A stretch of 64,000 bases of DNA from positions 52,968-116,967 of the forward strand of contig MU626309.1 of assembly GCA_025603075.1 (NCBI GenBank), read 5' to 3'. Source of the DNA: Neoconidiobolus thromboides FSU 785 (lineage: Eukaryota; Fungi; Entomophthoromycota). A program made the translations under genes and the position numbers. Below, piece after piece: positions 63,330-64,000 of this stretch (position 1 is the stretch's first letter; each line of letters begins with the position of its first letter). The notes under the pieces are model-generated. The model searched no databases, had not been told where the DNA came from, and saw only the letters and a list, made by a program, of their open reading frames with translations.

Positions 63330-63968
63330 ATGCAACTTTCTAATATTATCGCTTTTTCTATTGCCTTGATCGCCACTTCAATAAATGCTTTATGTAATCC
63401 AACCTGTGTATCAACTATCCAAGGTCAACTTCAATCACAATGTGGAAGTGGCACAAACACAAATAGCAATATTTGTTTATGTAACAACTATTCGCAGTTG
63501 ATGCAATGTTTCAATGGATGTAATGATGCACAGAGTCAAAATGAACTCATGAATTATCAAGCACAAGCTAGAAATGTATGTAATACTGCACTTCAAGGAG
63601 CTAGTTTACCAGTCAATAATAATTTTATTGGAATGAATGGACAAGCTACTCAAATCCCTAATGGTCCTACTCCAACCATTAATGGCCTCTTTGCAGCTTC
63701 TACAATAGGTACCGATTTACATATCAGTGCTGGTAACACCGATGTTATTGTACCTTTCTCTGGGTCACCTCAAAATACTAATGTACCAGTTGTTGGATCT
63801 CTTTATTCTTCTTATAGTCTTGGTTCTATTACTGTTGGCTACAAATCATCTGCTGCACCTACCTTTACATTCCGTTCTGCATCCAATTCCAATACCATTG
63901 ATGGTAAAACAGTATCAATCATATGTATTTCTACTACTGTTTTATCTATCTTATCATACTTGTTATGA
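63330..63968 (+). CDS. Secreted, probably GPI-anchored protein with an 8-Cys CFEM-like domain
   Basis: Signal peptide, C-x3-C-x11-C-x10-C-x-C-x8-C-x3-C-x19-C spacing, Ser/Thr-rich stalk and hydrophobic C-terminus. Confidence 0.75.
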   Translation: MQLSNIIAFSIALIATSINALCNPTCVSTIQGQLQSQCGSGTNTNSNICLCNNYSQLMQCFNGCNDAQSQNELMNYQAQARNVCNTALQGASLPVNNNFIGMNGQATQIPNGPTPTINGLFAASTIGTDLHISAGNTDVIVPFSGSPQNTNVPVVGSLYSSYSLGSITVGYKSSAAPTFTFRSASNSNTIDGKTVSIICISTTVLSILSYLL

Positions 63969-64000
63969 TTCAAACTTTATAAAATACTAAATAATAATTA

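Overview
Very AT-rich eukaryotic DNA with short (~40-100 nt) GT-AG introns and fungal-type genes. It is probably an early-diverging fungus such as an entomophthoralean; this is inferred from composition and gene content, not determined. About 20 protein-coding genes are supported: a partial ankyrin protein, amidase, tetraspanin, HSF-domain factor, RPB11, Chs4/Skt5, RPL8/eL8, two tandem 7TM receptors, RLP7, MTC5/WDR59, MED17, APT1, a degenerate chitin synthase, TFC1, a LEU2-aconitase fusion, a multi-Myb protein, NGG1/ADA3, an FAD monooxygenase and a GPI-anchored CFEM-like protein. There are also two tRNAs (Thr-CGT, Glu-CTC) and ~24 intergenic copies of a ~97-bp MITE with GGGGATGT/ACATCCCC ends and an AT target duplication. 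The strongest leads are: (1) a ~1,100-aa single polypeptide joining 3-isopropylmalate dehydrogenase to a complete, non-canonical aconitase-family dehydratase; (2) an intact-ORF chitin synthase that has lost all catalytic motifs; (3) an RPB11 whose last intron toggles between a normal-length protein and one with a 184-aa tail; (4) a structured 170-nt intron in RPL8; (5) the MITE family, including CpG decay and a template-switch palindrome. All motif matches were made by eye, and splice sites are manual predictions.
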